Source: a bacterium (lineage in GTDB: Bacteria; UBA8248; JACPRG01; G963555815). Taken from it: a DNA stretch of 64,000 bases. The DNA lies in contig OZ244653.1 in NCBI GenBank assembly GCA_965218795.1, positions 448,001-512,000 on the forward strand, given 5' to 3'. Shown piece by piece: positions 1 to 10,477 of the stretch (position 1 is the first letter of the stretch; the number at the start of each line of letters is the position of its first letter). The translations under genes and the position numbers were made by a program. The notes beneath the pieces were generated by a model that had not been told where the DNA came from, did not search any database, and saw only the letters and a program-made list of their open reading frames with translations.

Positions 1-2
1 GC

Positions 3-1433
3 ACGCCCGGGGTTTGCATTTCCACACTGGGACCGGGCGCGACGAACCTTGCTACGGGTGTGGGGAACGCGCTCTTGGATTCGGCACCGCTCCTGGCTTT
101 GACATGCACCTATGAAACGGATCTGCTCCGGCGACGGGTTCAGATGCAAATCGACCATCACGCCCTCTTCACCCCCCTGACGAAGGCATCCTTCCTCTTG
201 GAGGAAGGGAAGGTGGGAGAGACCATGGTCGAGGCGATCCGTTTGGCTCTCTCCGAGCCGCCGGGGCCGGTTCATCTGGATTTCCCGGAGGACGTGGCCA
301 AAGCACAAGCCGCGGAGGCGGTTCCTGGGCTTGCGCCTTCCGAGGGTCCCCCGCCTCCCCCGCATGAGGACCTTCGGCGGGTGGGAGAGGTGCTGGCGGC
401 GGCCCGGAAGCCCGTGGCCGTTCTCGGGCTTTCGTTGACGAGGACGAATGCCCGGGAGGACCTCCAGTCTTTCATCGAGGAGCGGAATGTTCCGTTCGTG
501 ACCACCTTGATGGCAAAGGGCTACCTTCCGGACGACCACCCTCTCAACGCCGGGGTGATCGGCCGGGCGCGCAGGACAGACGTTCGACGGTTCACCGATC
601 AGGCAGATGTCATCCTGGGTATCGGCTACGACGTGATCGAAATCAATTACGAGGAGTGGATCCGAGACGGCGTCCCCGTCGTTTCCGTGGATGTTCGGAA
701 GGCCGACATCGACGAATCGGTTCAACTTCGAGCCGAAGCGGTGGGGGACCTGTATCAGTCGGTCCAATTCATACGCGATTCGCTCTCTGGCCCCACTGAC
801 TGGAAAAAATCGGAGGTCGCCGAGCATCGGAGCCGGTTCGAGGCCAACCTTCGCCCGGCGGGATACGGGTTTGCACCCCATGATGCGATTGACGCCCTGC
901 GGGAGGAGTTTCCCGATAACGGTCTCATGGTCTATGACGTGGGCGGGCACCTCCACCAAATCGCCTCCCAATGGCCGGCTCGTAAGCCTTTGACCGCACT
1001 CTCGACGAACGGATGGTCGTCCATGGGGTATGCCGTTCCGGCGGCCCTGGCCGCAAAATTGGCGCAGCCGGAGCGGTCCGTGCTGGCAATCGTGGGGGAC
1101 GGCTGCTTCCAGATGACGGCGGGAGAGATGGCGACAGCGAGACGGCTCGGGCTGACCATTCCCTTCGTGGTCCTGAACGACGGCGATTTGGGTCTCATTC
1201 GTGTCAAGCAGGAACGGAAGCATTACGGAATTTATGGTGTGGACCTCGCACCCGGGGGAAGGAGTAGTCCAGTGGAGCCGCCCCCCCATTATTTTGGCGT
1301 GCCCTGCGTTGCAGTTCGTTCTCGGACGGAATTGAGAGAAGCTGTCCTGGCGGCCCTCCAGGCCGAGGGCCCAACGGTCATTGAAGCGTTCATCGACGGC
1401 CGGGCCTACTCGGAAACCCTATTCGATGAATGA
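3..1433 (+). CDS. ThDP-dependent enzyme, acetolactate synthase-like (5' end outside window)
   Basis: Frame is open from base 3 (TPGVCISTLGPGATNLATG); PPGPVHLDFPED, SMGYAVPAA and the ThDP motif GDGCFQMT...LND are present. Confidence 0.9.
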   Translation, partial: TPGVCISTLGPGATNLATGVGNALLDSAPLLALTCTYETDLLRRRVQMQIDHHALFTPLTKASFLLEEGKVGETMVEAIRLALSEPPGPVHLDFPEDVAKAQAAEAVPGLAPSEGPPPPPHEDLRRVGEVLAAARKPVAVLGLSLTRTNAREDLQSFIEERNVPFVTTLMAKGYLPDDHPLNAGVIGRARRTDVRRFTDQADVILGIGYDVIEINYEEWIRDGVPVVSVDVRKADIDESVQLRAEAVGDLYQSVQFIRDSLSGPTDWKKSEVAEHRSRFEANLRPAGYGFAPHDAIDALREEFPDNGLMVYDVGGHLHQIASQWPARKPLTALSTNGWSSMGYAVPAALAAKLAQPERSVLAIVGDGCFQMTAGEMATARRLGLTIPFVVLNDGDLGLIRVKQERKHYGIYGVDLAPGGRSSPVEPPPHYFGVPCVAVRSRTELREAVLAALQAEGPTVIEAFIDGRAYSETLFDE

Positions 1434-1690
1434 ATCCGACTGGGGAAACCCGGGCCCAGCCCCAGCATTGTGTGTAGGGGATCAGCAACCGCCCGACGGT
1501 TTGCTTGATTCCGCTTTTCCCCGGCGATATTCTTTTTGGGTACCGGTTTTTTTGAAAGCGTGGATTTGTCGATCGGATGTTTTCGAATCATGCCTGAAAT
1601 CGAGACTGGGCCGCGCCGTGCATCCAGGAAAGTTTTGAATCGAGATGTTCAGGTTGAGGGACCAGGCCGCCCCTCTTTGGAGAGTTCGCA

Positions 1691-3550
1691 ATGAATGGTT
1701 ACGGGGGAAAGATTCTCTATATCGACCTGGGATCGGGAGAGACACGCGTCGAGCCGGTTGACGAACAAATGGCCCGTCGATTCATCGGTGGAAACGGCTT
1801 TTGCGCCCGGCTGCTGTATGACCTGATCGGACCCGACACCGATCCCCTGGGGTCCGGGAACGCCATCGCCTACGCTGTCGGCCCCCTGACCGATACGGCC
1901 ATCCCCAGCGCGAGCCGGGCCTGTGTGGCGGCCAAATCCCCCCTCAATGAACTTTTTTTCGATTCCACGTTCGGCGGCTCCTGGCCCTCCAGCCTCAAGC
2001 GGACTGGGTACGATGCCTTTGTTCTGACCGGACGGGCAGACCATCCGGTCTATCTTTCGATAACGGACGAGGAAGTGGCCATCAAGCCCGCGGAGGACCT
2101 TTGGGGAAAATGGATCCGGGAGACCTGCGATCTCCTTTCTGAGCGGGAGGGGGGCAAAGCGGATGTCATCGCCATCGGTCCAGCGGGCGAGAACATGGTC
2201 CGGTATGCGGCTATGGCCCACACCTGGCGGAAGAGCCGCGACGGGATATCCGGCCGGGGCGGGATCGGAGCGGTGATGGGCTCGAAAAACCTGAAGGCCA
2301 TTACCGTTCAGGGCCGCCAGAAGACAACAGTCGCCGATCCCAAGGGGCTGAAGGAATTCGTGGGCGGCTCGACGGAGGACGTCCGAACAGGGACGAAAGG
2401 ACTGAATATTTACGGGACCCCGATTCTTGTTCGAATGATCAATGAGTTGGGCGCTCTGGGGACCCGGAACCTGCAGACGGAGACCTTCGAAGATTGTCTG
2501 CCGATCAGCGGGGAGCAGATGAAGGAGGAGATTTGGGAGAAGGACACGACCTGCTTCAAGTGTCCCGTTGCCTGCGGGAAAAATTACAGCGTCACGGAAG
2601 GAGAGTTTGCAGGCACGGCCTGGAAGATGCCCGAATACGAAACCATTTTCGCGCTGGGCACCATGCTGGATCACCGGGATCCCGGCGCGCTCCTGAAGGC
2701 CAACATGCTCTCCGATGAATTGGGGATGGACACCATCTCATTGGGGGTGACGATCTCCTACGCCTTCGAGTGTTACGAGAAGGGCATCTTGACCGAGGGC
2801 GACGTGGGGTTTCCCTTGGAATGGGGCGATTATCACACCATGCTGCGGCTGGTGGAGGACACCGCGCACCGCAGGGGGTTCGGCGATCTGCTGGCCGAGG
2901 GCTCCTGGAGGCTGGCCGAACAATGGGGAGAGGAAACGAAGGGGTTCTTGTATGCGGCGAAGGGCCTTGAGATGCCGGCTCACTCCGCCCGGGCGCTCAA
3001 AGGGATGAGCATCGGCTACGCGACGGGCACCCGCGGGGGCAGTCATCACGACACCCGGCCAACGCTCCAATACGCCGGGGATTTTGATAACCGCTCGGTG
3101 GAGGGCAAGCCTCTTTTCGCTATCCGAACCCAGGACTTCACCGCACTGGACGATTCTATTACTCAGTGCCGGTTCACCAGCGAGCGCGGTTACGGCGCCA
3201 TGATCAATGAGAACTATGCCAGGATGCTTCAGCTTGTCGTAGGCTGGGATGTCACCGTCGACGAGTTGGAGGCGACGGGCGCTCGAATCTGCAATCTCGA
3301 GCGGGCCTTCCATATCCGAGACGGCATCCGACGCAAGGACGACACGCTCCCTGCCAGGGTCCAGCACGTTCCCATTCCCGACGGTCCGCATAAGGGCATG
3401 CATTGTCCGCCCGATGAGCTCTCGGCCATGCTCGATGAGTATTACAAGCTTCGGGGGTGGAATTCAGACGGGGTACCGACGGAAGAAAAGCTCCGGGAGT
3501 TGGAACTGGACTTTGTCGTTGAGGATTGGACCGCCCGAAACGGCGTCTGA
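1691..3550 (+). CDS. Aldehyde:ferredoxin oxidoreductase family (W/Mo-pterin)
   Basis: MNGYGGKILYIDL start, AKSPL, GRGGIGAVMGSKNLKAI, CFKCPVACG, PEYETIFALG, DELGMDTISLG, YYKLRGW; RBS GGAGAG. Confidence 0.95.
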   Translation: MNGYGGKILYIDLGSGETRVEPVDEQMARRFIGGNGFCARLLYDLIGPDTDPLGSGNAIAYAVGPLTDTAIPSASRACVAAKSPLNELFFDSTFGGSWPSSLKRTGYDAFVLTGRADHPVYLSITDEEVAIKPAEDLWGKWIRETCDLLSEREGGKADVIAIGPAGENMVRYAAMAHTWRKSRDGISGRGGIGAVMGSKNLKAITVQGRQKTTVADPKGLKEFVGGSTEDVRTGTKGLNIYGTPILVRMINELGALGTRNLQTETFEDCLPISGEQMKEEIWEKDTTCFKCPVACGKNYSVTEGEFAGTAWKMPEYETIFALGTMLDHRDPGALLKANMLSDELGMDTISLGVTISYAFECYEKGILTEGDVGFPLEWGDYHTMLRLVEDTAHRRGFGDLLAEGSWRLAEQWGEETKGFLYAAKGLEMPAHSARALKGMSIGYATGTRGGSHHDTRPTLQYAGDFDNRSVEGKPLFAIRTQDFTALDDSITQCRFTSERGYGAMINENYARMLQLVVGWDVTVDELEATGARICNLERAFHIRDGIRRKDDTLPARVQHVPIPDGPHKGMHCPPDELSAMLDEYYKLRGWNSDGVPTEEKLRELELDFVVEDWTARNGV

Positions 3551-3584
3551 ATCCGCTTTCCGGCTTCCGTAGCCCCTCACAACG

Positions 3585-4073
3585 TCATTTCAACGATGCC
3601 ACGCTGAAAATGACGCTGAACGCCTTGCACCAGATGACTACGCTTTTTTGTTTCGAGATATCCACGTCTTTGGGAATCGGATAGTTCTGGCTCCCGACAT
3701 TCCCTTTCAGTCTGCCGAGGTCCACGAACCCCTCGTCAACGACGTCCGATTTTTCTTGCGGGTTCGGATGAGTCGCCAGGTAGACACGCAGGTCGGGGCC
3801 GTTCGTCCCTTTGAAGTCTTCCATCCTCAGGACTGCCGACCCGTCGCCCAACCTGTGGATGGCGGCCTGTCCGCTCCCTTTATGAAACGAGTCCCCATCC
3901 CGGAATGCTCCCGTTCGGAGCTTTCGGACGGCGGATGCCGTCCCTGCCTTCGGGAATTCTTCTTCCACCGTCCTGTCGATGAAAAGAGGCGAAAGCAGCC
4001 ACCAGGCGATCGGTGCTGCGATGACGATGACAATCGCTCCAAGAATTTTCCATTTTCTCTTCAGTCGCGCCAT
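3585..4073 (-). CDS. DM13 domain membrane-anchored protein
   Basis: N-terminal TM segment; NGPDLRVYL, LGRLKGNVGSQNYPIP, VVIWCKAFSVIF. Confidence 0.9.
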   Translation of the reverse strand: MARLKRKWKILGAIVIVIAAPIAWWLLSPLFIDRTVEEEFPKAGTASAVRKLRTGAFRDGDSFHKGSGQAAIHRLGDGSAVLRMEDFKGTNGPDLRVYLATHPNPQEKSDVVDEGFVDLGRLKGNVGSQNYPIPKDVDISKQKSVVIWCKAFSVIFSVASLK

Positions 4074-4169
4074 GATCGTCCCCCAAGTTCTTTCGTTGCC
4101 GGGTTAGAGTGATAAACTGCCATGAGCCCTTGGATTCGCATTCTGCCCGAAAGGATTCATTGCAAATCG

Positions 4170-5030
4170 TCATACGCGCGCCAGCGAAATGATTGTAACA
4201 CCCAGCACGACCAGTATCCCGCCGAGGACAACGCGGGCGCTCAGCCGTTCTTCCTTTCGGAGAAAGAGAAAACTGATGATCAGCGTGAAGAGCGGTGTCG
4301 AGTGGATGACCGGCGCTACGGTGACCACGTGTCCGGCATTCAGGGCGGCGAACAATGAGAAATAGGCAGTTACGTAAAACAGGCCGCTCAATATCAGATG
4401 CGGCAGGGCTCTCTTCTCCAGGCGAAACCGGAATGCCTCCGGACCGCTGAAGAAGAGAATGCTCAGGAAAAGACAAGCAATCGACGGGGCCAATGCCCCC
4501 GCCACCAGAGGGAAGGGAAAGTCCTTGACCCCGACTCTCGCTACAACATCTCTCGCCCCAAAACAGATGGCCGCGAACAGCGCGAACAGGAGATGGACCT
4601 TCTTCCATTCGGACCGGGGCAGATTCTCATAGGCCAGCAGGATGACCCCGACCGTGGTCGCTCCCGTTCCGGCCGCAATTCGGAGCGTGAAGGGTTCTCC
4701 GAGAAAAAGAATCGCCATCAGCGTGGCCCAAAACGGTGTCGTCCCGATGACGATCGTGGGACGGGAGAGCCCCAGGCGGGAGAACGCCATGTACAGGGAA
4801 ACCCGCGCAAGGAAGGGAGAGAAGAAGGCCGCCGCGGCCAGTCCAAGAACGACCTGATGATTCAAGGCGGGAAAAGGCTGTGAGAGGCTGATCAGCCACA
4901 GGATGAGTGCGCTGACCCCTGAGGTAAACCAGGCTGCGGTGGTCGGGTTCGTATACGTGAGGCCTCTGCTGATCAGGGCTTGCCCGATAGAAAATGAGAG
5001 CGCCGTGCAGAGGGCCCAGACGATAGGCAT
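4170..5030 (-). CDS. EamA/DMT family transporter
   Basis: 286 aa with about 10 hydrophobic segments in two repeats (TTPFW..LFLGE; STPLF..LFLRKEE). Confidence 0.9.
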   Translation of the reverse strand: MPIVWALCTALSFSIGQALISRGLTYTNPTTAAWFTSGVSALILWLISLSQPFPALNHQVVLGLAAAAFFSPFLARVSLYMAFSRLGLSRPTIVIGTTPFWATLMAILFLGEPFTLRIAAGTGATTVGVILLAYENLPRSEWKKVHLLFALFAAICFGARDVVARVGVKDFPFPLVAGALAPSIACLFLSILFFSGPEAFRFRLEKRALPHLILSGLFYVTAYFSLFAALNAGHVVTVAPVIHSTPLFTLIISFLFLRKEERLSARVVLGGILVVLGVTIISLARV

Positions 5031-5104
5031 GAAATGACAAGCTCCACAGTGAGCGGGCCAATCTCATCGATTGGCTTCGAAGAAAACGCAGCAGGCGCGG
5101 GTCG

Positions 5105-5355
5105 CTAGAGCTTTCCCCTTGCCACCGAACTTATGGTTATCCCCAAGACGGCCACAACGGTGCCAATCAATACGCGGACCGCCAATTTCCCTTCTCTTTT
5201 GAACCAAAGATGCCCAAGAAACAATGCAAGTAGCGGGGTTGTCCCCACAACAACGCCGGACCTCACAATCCCGACGTGGGGAAATCCGAGATACAGAAAT
5301 AGCCGGGCAAGGAAGGTCGAAAGGGCCGCCGTTGAATGGACGCCGATCGTAGTTT
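5105..5355 (-). pseudogene. Start-less EamA/DMT half-domain remnant
   Basis: Manual translation FLARLFLYLGFPHVGIVRSGVVVGTTPLLALFLGHLWFKREGKLAVRVLIGTVVAVLGITISSVARGKL* resembles the adjacent DMT gene; no start codon covers the whole homologous stretch. Confidence 0.7.
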
Positions 5356-5369
5356 GCGAATTCCCCCTG

Positions 5370-6392
5370 TCAGACGAACGGATCCAGACCCCTGAGACTA
5401 ACCTCGCCGGCTTTCAGACCCCAAGCCATTCCAGCGAGCGCATCCCAGCCGGAACTGTGTCCGCGTTTCGCCACCTTCCTCATGACCGAGTCAAACGAAT
5501 CTTGGCTCTGTGATCGGTCGCCGCTCAATACGAGAGAGATGAGGTCGTGAAGGGAGTCGGAGACAGCCCCCTCCAGTGCGCACCGCAGGAGGGATTCGCT
5601 GATCATCGGCGTCCTGCCCGCAGCCAGCCGACAGATTCGCGAACACGCCTGTCCCAAGAATTCCGGTCGATAGACGGAAGGCCCCATGGCCCGGATTGCC
5701 GCGAAAAAAGCGCCCAGAAAATCGTCCCCCGACGGTGTCAGTCCGGGTCCGGCTCCGATCAACCCCCGGGCTCCGGCCTCCATCAGGTCGAGGTTTTCCG
5801 AGAGTATTCCTCCGAGGAGTTGGCGGGCGAAAGGAAATAGCAGATTCGCCAGCGGAGGGAGCGTATCGATTGATTTCTGTCCTGGAGGTTGATGTACAAA
5901 AGCTGCCAACAGACCCAGTCCGAGTGGCTTGGGGTGAAAAACCGCCACCGAGGCGAGGGAATCAAGGCGTGATCGAAGCGCATCGATAGGTGCCGTCCAG
6001 GACCGGGCCGGGGGAGGGGTCCAGACTTCCGCACCCTTCAATAGAATCCTCTGGGGGCCGAGTCTGACAAACCCATTCTCGACGCTGGTCGAGTCGCCCT
6101 TCCGAAATCCGAGCTGGTCAAAAGTCGTTCCGGGGGAAAGTCCGAGCAGAAGGTTCAGCGGGCCCTTGCCGATGGCCGGCAAACCAAGGCAAAAAAGGAG
6201 ATTCGGTCCGGATCCCGCATAACAAGAATGCTCAAAAACGGCCAGGATTCGTGGGTCCTTGCCGGTACCAGTAAATCCTTGGGACTGAAGCCCGTTCATT
6301 TCCTCAAGAGCCCGATGGATCCAAGGCGTTACAGTTGCTGCTTGAAGCCAGCGGTTTGCCGTGATTGTCTGAGCCTCCTGAGTAGGGGACAC
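5370..6392 (-). CDS. DUF2877 (YlbF/AllH-like) protein
   Basis: LIGAGPGLTPSGDDFLG and GHSSGWDALAG motifs. Start codon uncertain. Confidence 0.85.
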   Translation of the reverse strand: MSPTQEAQTITANRWLQAATVTPWIHRALEEMNGLQSQGFTGTGKDPRILAVFEHSCYAGSGPNLLFCLGLPAIGKGPLNLLLGLSPGTTFDQLGFRKGDSTSVENGFVRLGPQRILLKGAEVWTPPPARSWTAPIDALRSRLDSLASVAVFHPKPLGLGLLAAFVHQPPGQKSIDTLPPLANLLFPFARQLLGGILSENLDLMEAGARGLIGAGPGLTPSGDDFLGAFFAAIRAMGPSVYRPEFLGQACSRICRLAAGRTPMISESLLRCALEGAVSDSLHDLISLVLSGDRSQSQDSFDSVMRKVAKRGHSSGWDALAGMAWGLKAGEVSLRGLDPFV

Positions 6393-6584
6393 CCATCAAT
6401 CCATTCTGCTCGGGAGTCCGGCAGGAGTCAATCGAGGGATTCTGGAGGGAATCTTGGCCTGAAACATGCAGGACTGTTTGTCTATAAGCCTTTGCCTCCC
6501 TGGGTTCATCAAATATTTGGGTGGCGGAATAAAAAAAGTTAGAATATAGTAAAAAAAGGCCGGTTTGCAAAGCCCGGAATTGGA

Positions 6585-8180
6585 GTGAAAAAAACCATTA
6601 CCTTATTAACATGTCTGGTCAGTAGAGTGTTGAGATATTTTCTAGCTTTATCAATTCAATTTATTGTTTTCATTGGACTAATTATACATCCGAATTTCGA
6701 AGCGGTAGCGGCAGACCGCCTTGCGGTGCGGGTTGTGACCGTGGTCTCCCGGAAGGACGCGGAAACCATCCTCACCCGCATGAGACGTGACACTCCCTTG
6801 GCCCTTGGGGCAAGAGGGGTCGCTCAAGTGCGGACTCTGACCCGAAAGCAGATCGATGCACTGCCACAGGGTGTCAGAGACACCATGAAGTCGCTGGAAG
6901 GGGGGGGACATACCGGAATTATTCGTGGGGAACAGGCGTACAGCATTTATCAGGCTACAACTTTCGACCATTATAGGGAGGGATGGGCTCTCTATCGAAA
7001 AGGGAAGACTCTGGAGGCCATCCGAAAGGTGGAGAAAGATCTAATCATCAACCCCGACCACGCCCAGGGACTTGTATTGCTCGGCCGGATTTTTGAGGAA
7101 CGCGGAGAATACAGGCGGGGTGTAGAAGCCTACCGGCAATTAATTGGATTTCACCCGAACTCCGCGCTCGGATATCGAATGCTCGGCCGAATTTATGAGA
7201 TCGAGAAGAAGTGGAACCAGGCTGCAGAAAATTACGAAGCCAGTCTTGAGCTTGATTCCAGGCAGCACGACGTGCTCAACGCTCTCGCCCTTATCTATGC
7301 ACTGCGGCAAAATCAGCCCGAACGGGGGCTTCCCCTGATTGAAAAAGCATTGAGGCTGCGGCCAAATACCCCGGAGTACGAAGATACCCTCGCATGGGTG
7401 AGGAAAGCTCTGAAGGGTCCGAAACAGACCCGAATAGCAAAAGCCGTCAAGATTGAGAAGAAGCCGGCCCCGTCACCGGCCCCCAAAGAGCCGAAATCGA
7501 ATTCGGCCGAATCCCGCGTGATCAAATCCAATCCTTCTGAACCCAAGACGGCGAATTCCAACGCGAAGCCGTCCCCGGCTCGGGGTCCCTACGCATTTCC
7601 CCCGCCTCCGGTCCTGCGCGAACGTGAAAAGCTTCGGTTTGAGGCGAAAGAATGGCCGCCTCCATTGGATGTGCGGAGTCAGTTGCCCGTTCCTCCTGTC
7701 TTGATGGACCCGCCCGCGCAGGATGGTAACGGGAAAAATGGAGACCAACTCCACGATGTACTTCCAGAGAGAGGGGTCTTGTACGTCATGAATCCTTCGT
7801 TGCGCGTGGAAGCTCTGAAAGATGCCGGGAAGGCCCTGAGATTCTTGGGATCGGTAAAAAAGAACGAACCCCCCGGCCGGTCCGGGTCGAAGGGCGTTTC
7901 GCGGTCCTTCAGGATAAAGATTCTTGATGGCACCGGGAACTTGGCGAATACTCAGCGCCTTAGATCCAAATTGATGACAAAAGGGAGCAACGTTACCACC
8001 ATCGCTGTGAGTGACAAGGGAAAATGGGAACAGACAGTCCTTTACTACGGAAAGGGTTCCGAGGCTCATGCCGAAAAGGTAGCGGCAGCCATTCCCGGAA
8101 GAGTCCTGTTGCGGCCCCTAACCTGGAAAACCTCCTACGACATCATCCTCGTGCTCGGGAAAGACAAGGCGACCAATTGA
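6585..8180 (+). CDS. Exported TPR-repeat protein with Pro-rich linker and LytR_C-like C-terminal domain
   Basis: N-terminal hydrophobic segment, about 4 TPR units, C-terminal IKILDGTG...TVLYY...AEKVA...DIILVLGKD. Confidence 0.75.
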   Translation: MKKTITLLTCLVSRVLRYFLALSIQFIVFIGLIIHPNFEAVAADRLAVRVVTVVSRKDAETILTRMRRDTPLALGARGVAQVRTLTRKQIDALPQGVRDTMKSLEGGGHTGIIRGEQAYSIYQATTFDHYREGWALYRKGKTLEAIRKVEKDLIINPDHAQGLVLLGRIFEERGEYRRGVEAYRQLIGFHPNSALGYRMLGRIYEIEKKWNQAAENYEASLELDSRQHDVLNALALIYALRQNQPERGLPLIEKALRLRPNTPEYEDTLAWVRKALKGPKQTRIAKAVKIEKKPAPSPAPKEPKSNSAESRVIKSNPSEPKTANSNAKPSPARGPYAFPPPPVLREREKLRFEAKEWPPPLDVRSQLPVPPVLMDPPAQDGNGKNGDQLHDVLPERGVLYVMNPSLRVEALKDAGKALRFLGSVKKNEPPGRSGSKGVSRSFRIKILDGTGNLANTQRLRSKLMTKGSNVTTIAVSDKGKWEQTVLYYGKGSEAHAEKVAAAIPGRVLLRPLTWKTSYDIILVLGKDKATN

Positions 8181-8310
8181 CGGGTTGTTCACCTCTTCCC
8201 GACAAACCGGTTATCGGCGAACCTGCTTGATTTCCCGGCTTTCCTCCTCTTGAAACTTTCGCCATACGCAATAGATAAATGCGATTGGTTTTCCCTTGGA
8301 AGGAATGGAG

Positions 8311-9369
8311 ATGGGAAAGCGCGTGAAACCTTGGCGAAAAAAGCTGGCGGAGGCGGATGCCTCCTTGTTGATGCTGTTGAACCAGCGGGCCGGAATCATC
8401 CGGAACCTGCCGAGGACGGAGTTGCCGGCAAAACTCTCCAGTTTGAGCCGAGAGACTCTTTCCGCTCATCAAGGGGAGTTCTCCAAGAGGGCCGCGTCTC
8501 GGGTTTTCGAAGAAATCGACATGGGAATGGCTCCTCTGGGAGAGGAGCAAGAGGTCGCGTTTCTTGGCCCGGAGGGCACCTTTTCCCATCAGGCGGCCCT
8601 CGCCTATTTCGACGAGTCCTGGTCGTATTCGCCCTGCGACGGCCTGGAGGACGTCTTCCGGCGGGTGGAAAGCGGCGACGTGATGAACGGGGTGGTACCC
8701 GCCGAGAATACGATTGAGGGCGTAGTCAATCATACACTGGATCTGCTTCTGGAGGCCTCATTGGAAATTGTCGGTGAGATCGTTGTTCCCATCGACCATT
8801 ACCTTTTGTCGCGCGAGTCATCACTCGATCAGGTGAGGGAGGTGTATTCACATCCGCAGGCTCTGGCTCAGTGCCGCCCGTGGATCTCGTCCAGCATGAT
8901 CGGGGTCAAATTGCGGAAAGCGTCCAGCACGGCCGATGCGGCCTCCAAGGCGCGTCGGAAGAAGCAGTCGGCGGCCATCGCTTCCAGGTGGGCCGCTGAG
9001 CGGTATGGTCTTTCCATCCTCGCCGCTCAGATTGATAAAGTATCCGGGATGGAGCAGAACATCACCCGGTTCCTGGTCCTGGGTCGTCATTCAGCCTCTC
9101 GAACGGGCGAAGACAAGACGTCCATCGCCTTTGCGGTTAAGCACGAAGTCGGTGCGCTGGTCGAGATGCTGAAGCCTTTTTCGAAGCATGGAATCAGTTT
9201 GCTGAAGATTGAGTCCCGTCCGAGCCGGGAAACGCCTTGGGAATACTTGTTTTATGTTGATCTCGAAGGACATGTGGAGGATTCCGCGGTCCGCCAGGCT
9301 CTCCGGGAACTGAAAAAATTCTCGCAATATTACAAGTTACTGGGGTCATACCCGAGGGCGGGACAATGA
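8311..9369 (+). CDS. pheA: Chorismate mutase/prephenate dehydratase
   Basis: AFLGPEGTFSH, ENTIEG, YSHPQALAQC, NITRF, ACT domain IESRPS. Confidence 0.95.
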   Translation: MGKRVKPWRKKLAEADASLLMLLNQRAGIIRNLPRTELPAKLSSLSRETLSAHQGEFSKRAASRVFEEIDMGMAPLGEEQEVAFLGPEGTFSHQAALAYFDESWSYSPCDGLEDVFRRVESGDVMNGVVPAENTIEGVVNHTLDLLLEASLEIVGEIVVPIDHYLLSRESSLDQVREVYSHPQALAQCRPWISSSMIGVKLRKASSTADAASKARRKKQSAAIASRWAAERYGLSILAAQIDKVSGMEQNITRFLVLGRHSASRTGEDKTSIAFAVKHEVGALVEMLKPFSKHGISLLKIESRPSRETPWEYLFYVDLEGHVEDSAVRQALRELKKFSQYYKLLGSYPRAGQ

Positions 9370-10457
9370 GCGGGCCGGAAGCCGCGGCACGATCCCGGGA
9401 GATAATTTCATACGATCCGGGAAAACCGATTGAAGAGGTCGAACGGGAGCTGGGGATCTCTGAATCCGTCAAGCTTGCCTCGAACGAGAACCCGCTGGGC
9501 CCTTCTCCCAAGGCTTTGGAGGCCATGGGGTCGGCCCTGGTGGATTTGAACCGATACCCGGATGGAGGCGGTTTCTACCTCAAGGATGCGCTGGCCTCCC
9601 GGTTCGAGTTGTCTCCCGAACAGATGACCCTGGGGAATGGGACCAATGAAGTCTTGGAGAATATAGGGAAGGCATTCTTGGATCCGGGAGACCAGGCCAT
9701 CATGGGCGATGCGGCTTTCATTGTCTTCCACATCGTTTCCCAGCTCTGCCAAGCTGAGCGAATCGTTGTCCCGCTGAAGGATTACGTCCACGACCTGGAG
9801 GAAATGGCGAGACGGGTGACGCCGAAGACGAAACTGATCTTTGTCGCCAACCCGAACAATCCTACGGGTACCGCCGTTGGGGAAACCCGCCTGAAGGCGT
9901 TTCTGGACAGCGTGCCGGAGCGCATCGTGGTGGTGTTGGACGAGGCCTACGCGCAATATCCCACCATGGATGATTTCCCGGATGGTTTCAGGCTGATTCG
10001 GGATTTTCCGAACCTGTTCGTGCTCAGGACCTTCTCGAAGATCTATGGCCTGGCGGGGATTCGGATCGGTTTCGGGGCGGGACACCCCGAGTGCATCAAG
10101 AGCGTCGAGAAGCTTCGGGAGCCTTTCAATGTCAACAGCCTGGCCCTTGCAGGGGCTCGGGCCGCCCTGGAAGACAACGATCACGTTCAGAAAACCAGGG
10201 CGGTCAATGCCTCGGGCCTGGACTACTTGTACAAAAAGTTGGACGAGATGGGCGTCCCTTGTGTATCCAGTCAGGCCAATTTTCTGTTGGTGGAAGTCGG
10301 CGACGGCGTTCAGGTTTTTGAAAAACTCCTGCGCGAGGGCGTCATTGTTCGGCCGGTGAAGGGATACGGCTTGCCGGCGCACATCCGGGTCACGGTGGGC
10401 CTGCCGAAAGAAAACAAGCGATTCGTAGAAGCCCTGAGAAGGGTTCTCAATCCCTAG
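9366..10457 (+). CDS. hisC: Histidinol-phosphate aminotransferase
   Basis: KLASNENPLG, NPNNPTG, DEAY, RTFSKIYGLAGIRIG; ATGA overlap with pheA. Confidence 0.95.
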   Translation: MSGPEAAARSREIISYDPGKPIEEVERELGISESVKLASNENPLGPSPKALEAMGSALVDLNRYPDGGGFYLKDALASRFELSPEQMTLGNGTNEVLENIGKAFLDPGDQAIMGDAAFIVFHIVSQLCQAERIVVPLKDYVHDLEEMARRVTPKTKLIFVANPNNPTGTAVGETRLKAFLDSVPERIVVVLDEAYAQYPTMDDFPDGFRLIRDFPNLFVLRTFSKIYGLAGIRIGFGAGHPECIKSVEKLREPFNVNSLALAGARAALEDNDHVQKTRAVNASGLDYLYKKLDEMGVPCVSSQANFLLVEVGDGVQVFEKLLREGVIVRPVKGYGLPAHIRVTVGLPKENKRFVEALRRVLNP

Positions 10458-10477
10458 CGTTTTCCCCCTAGATTTCT

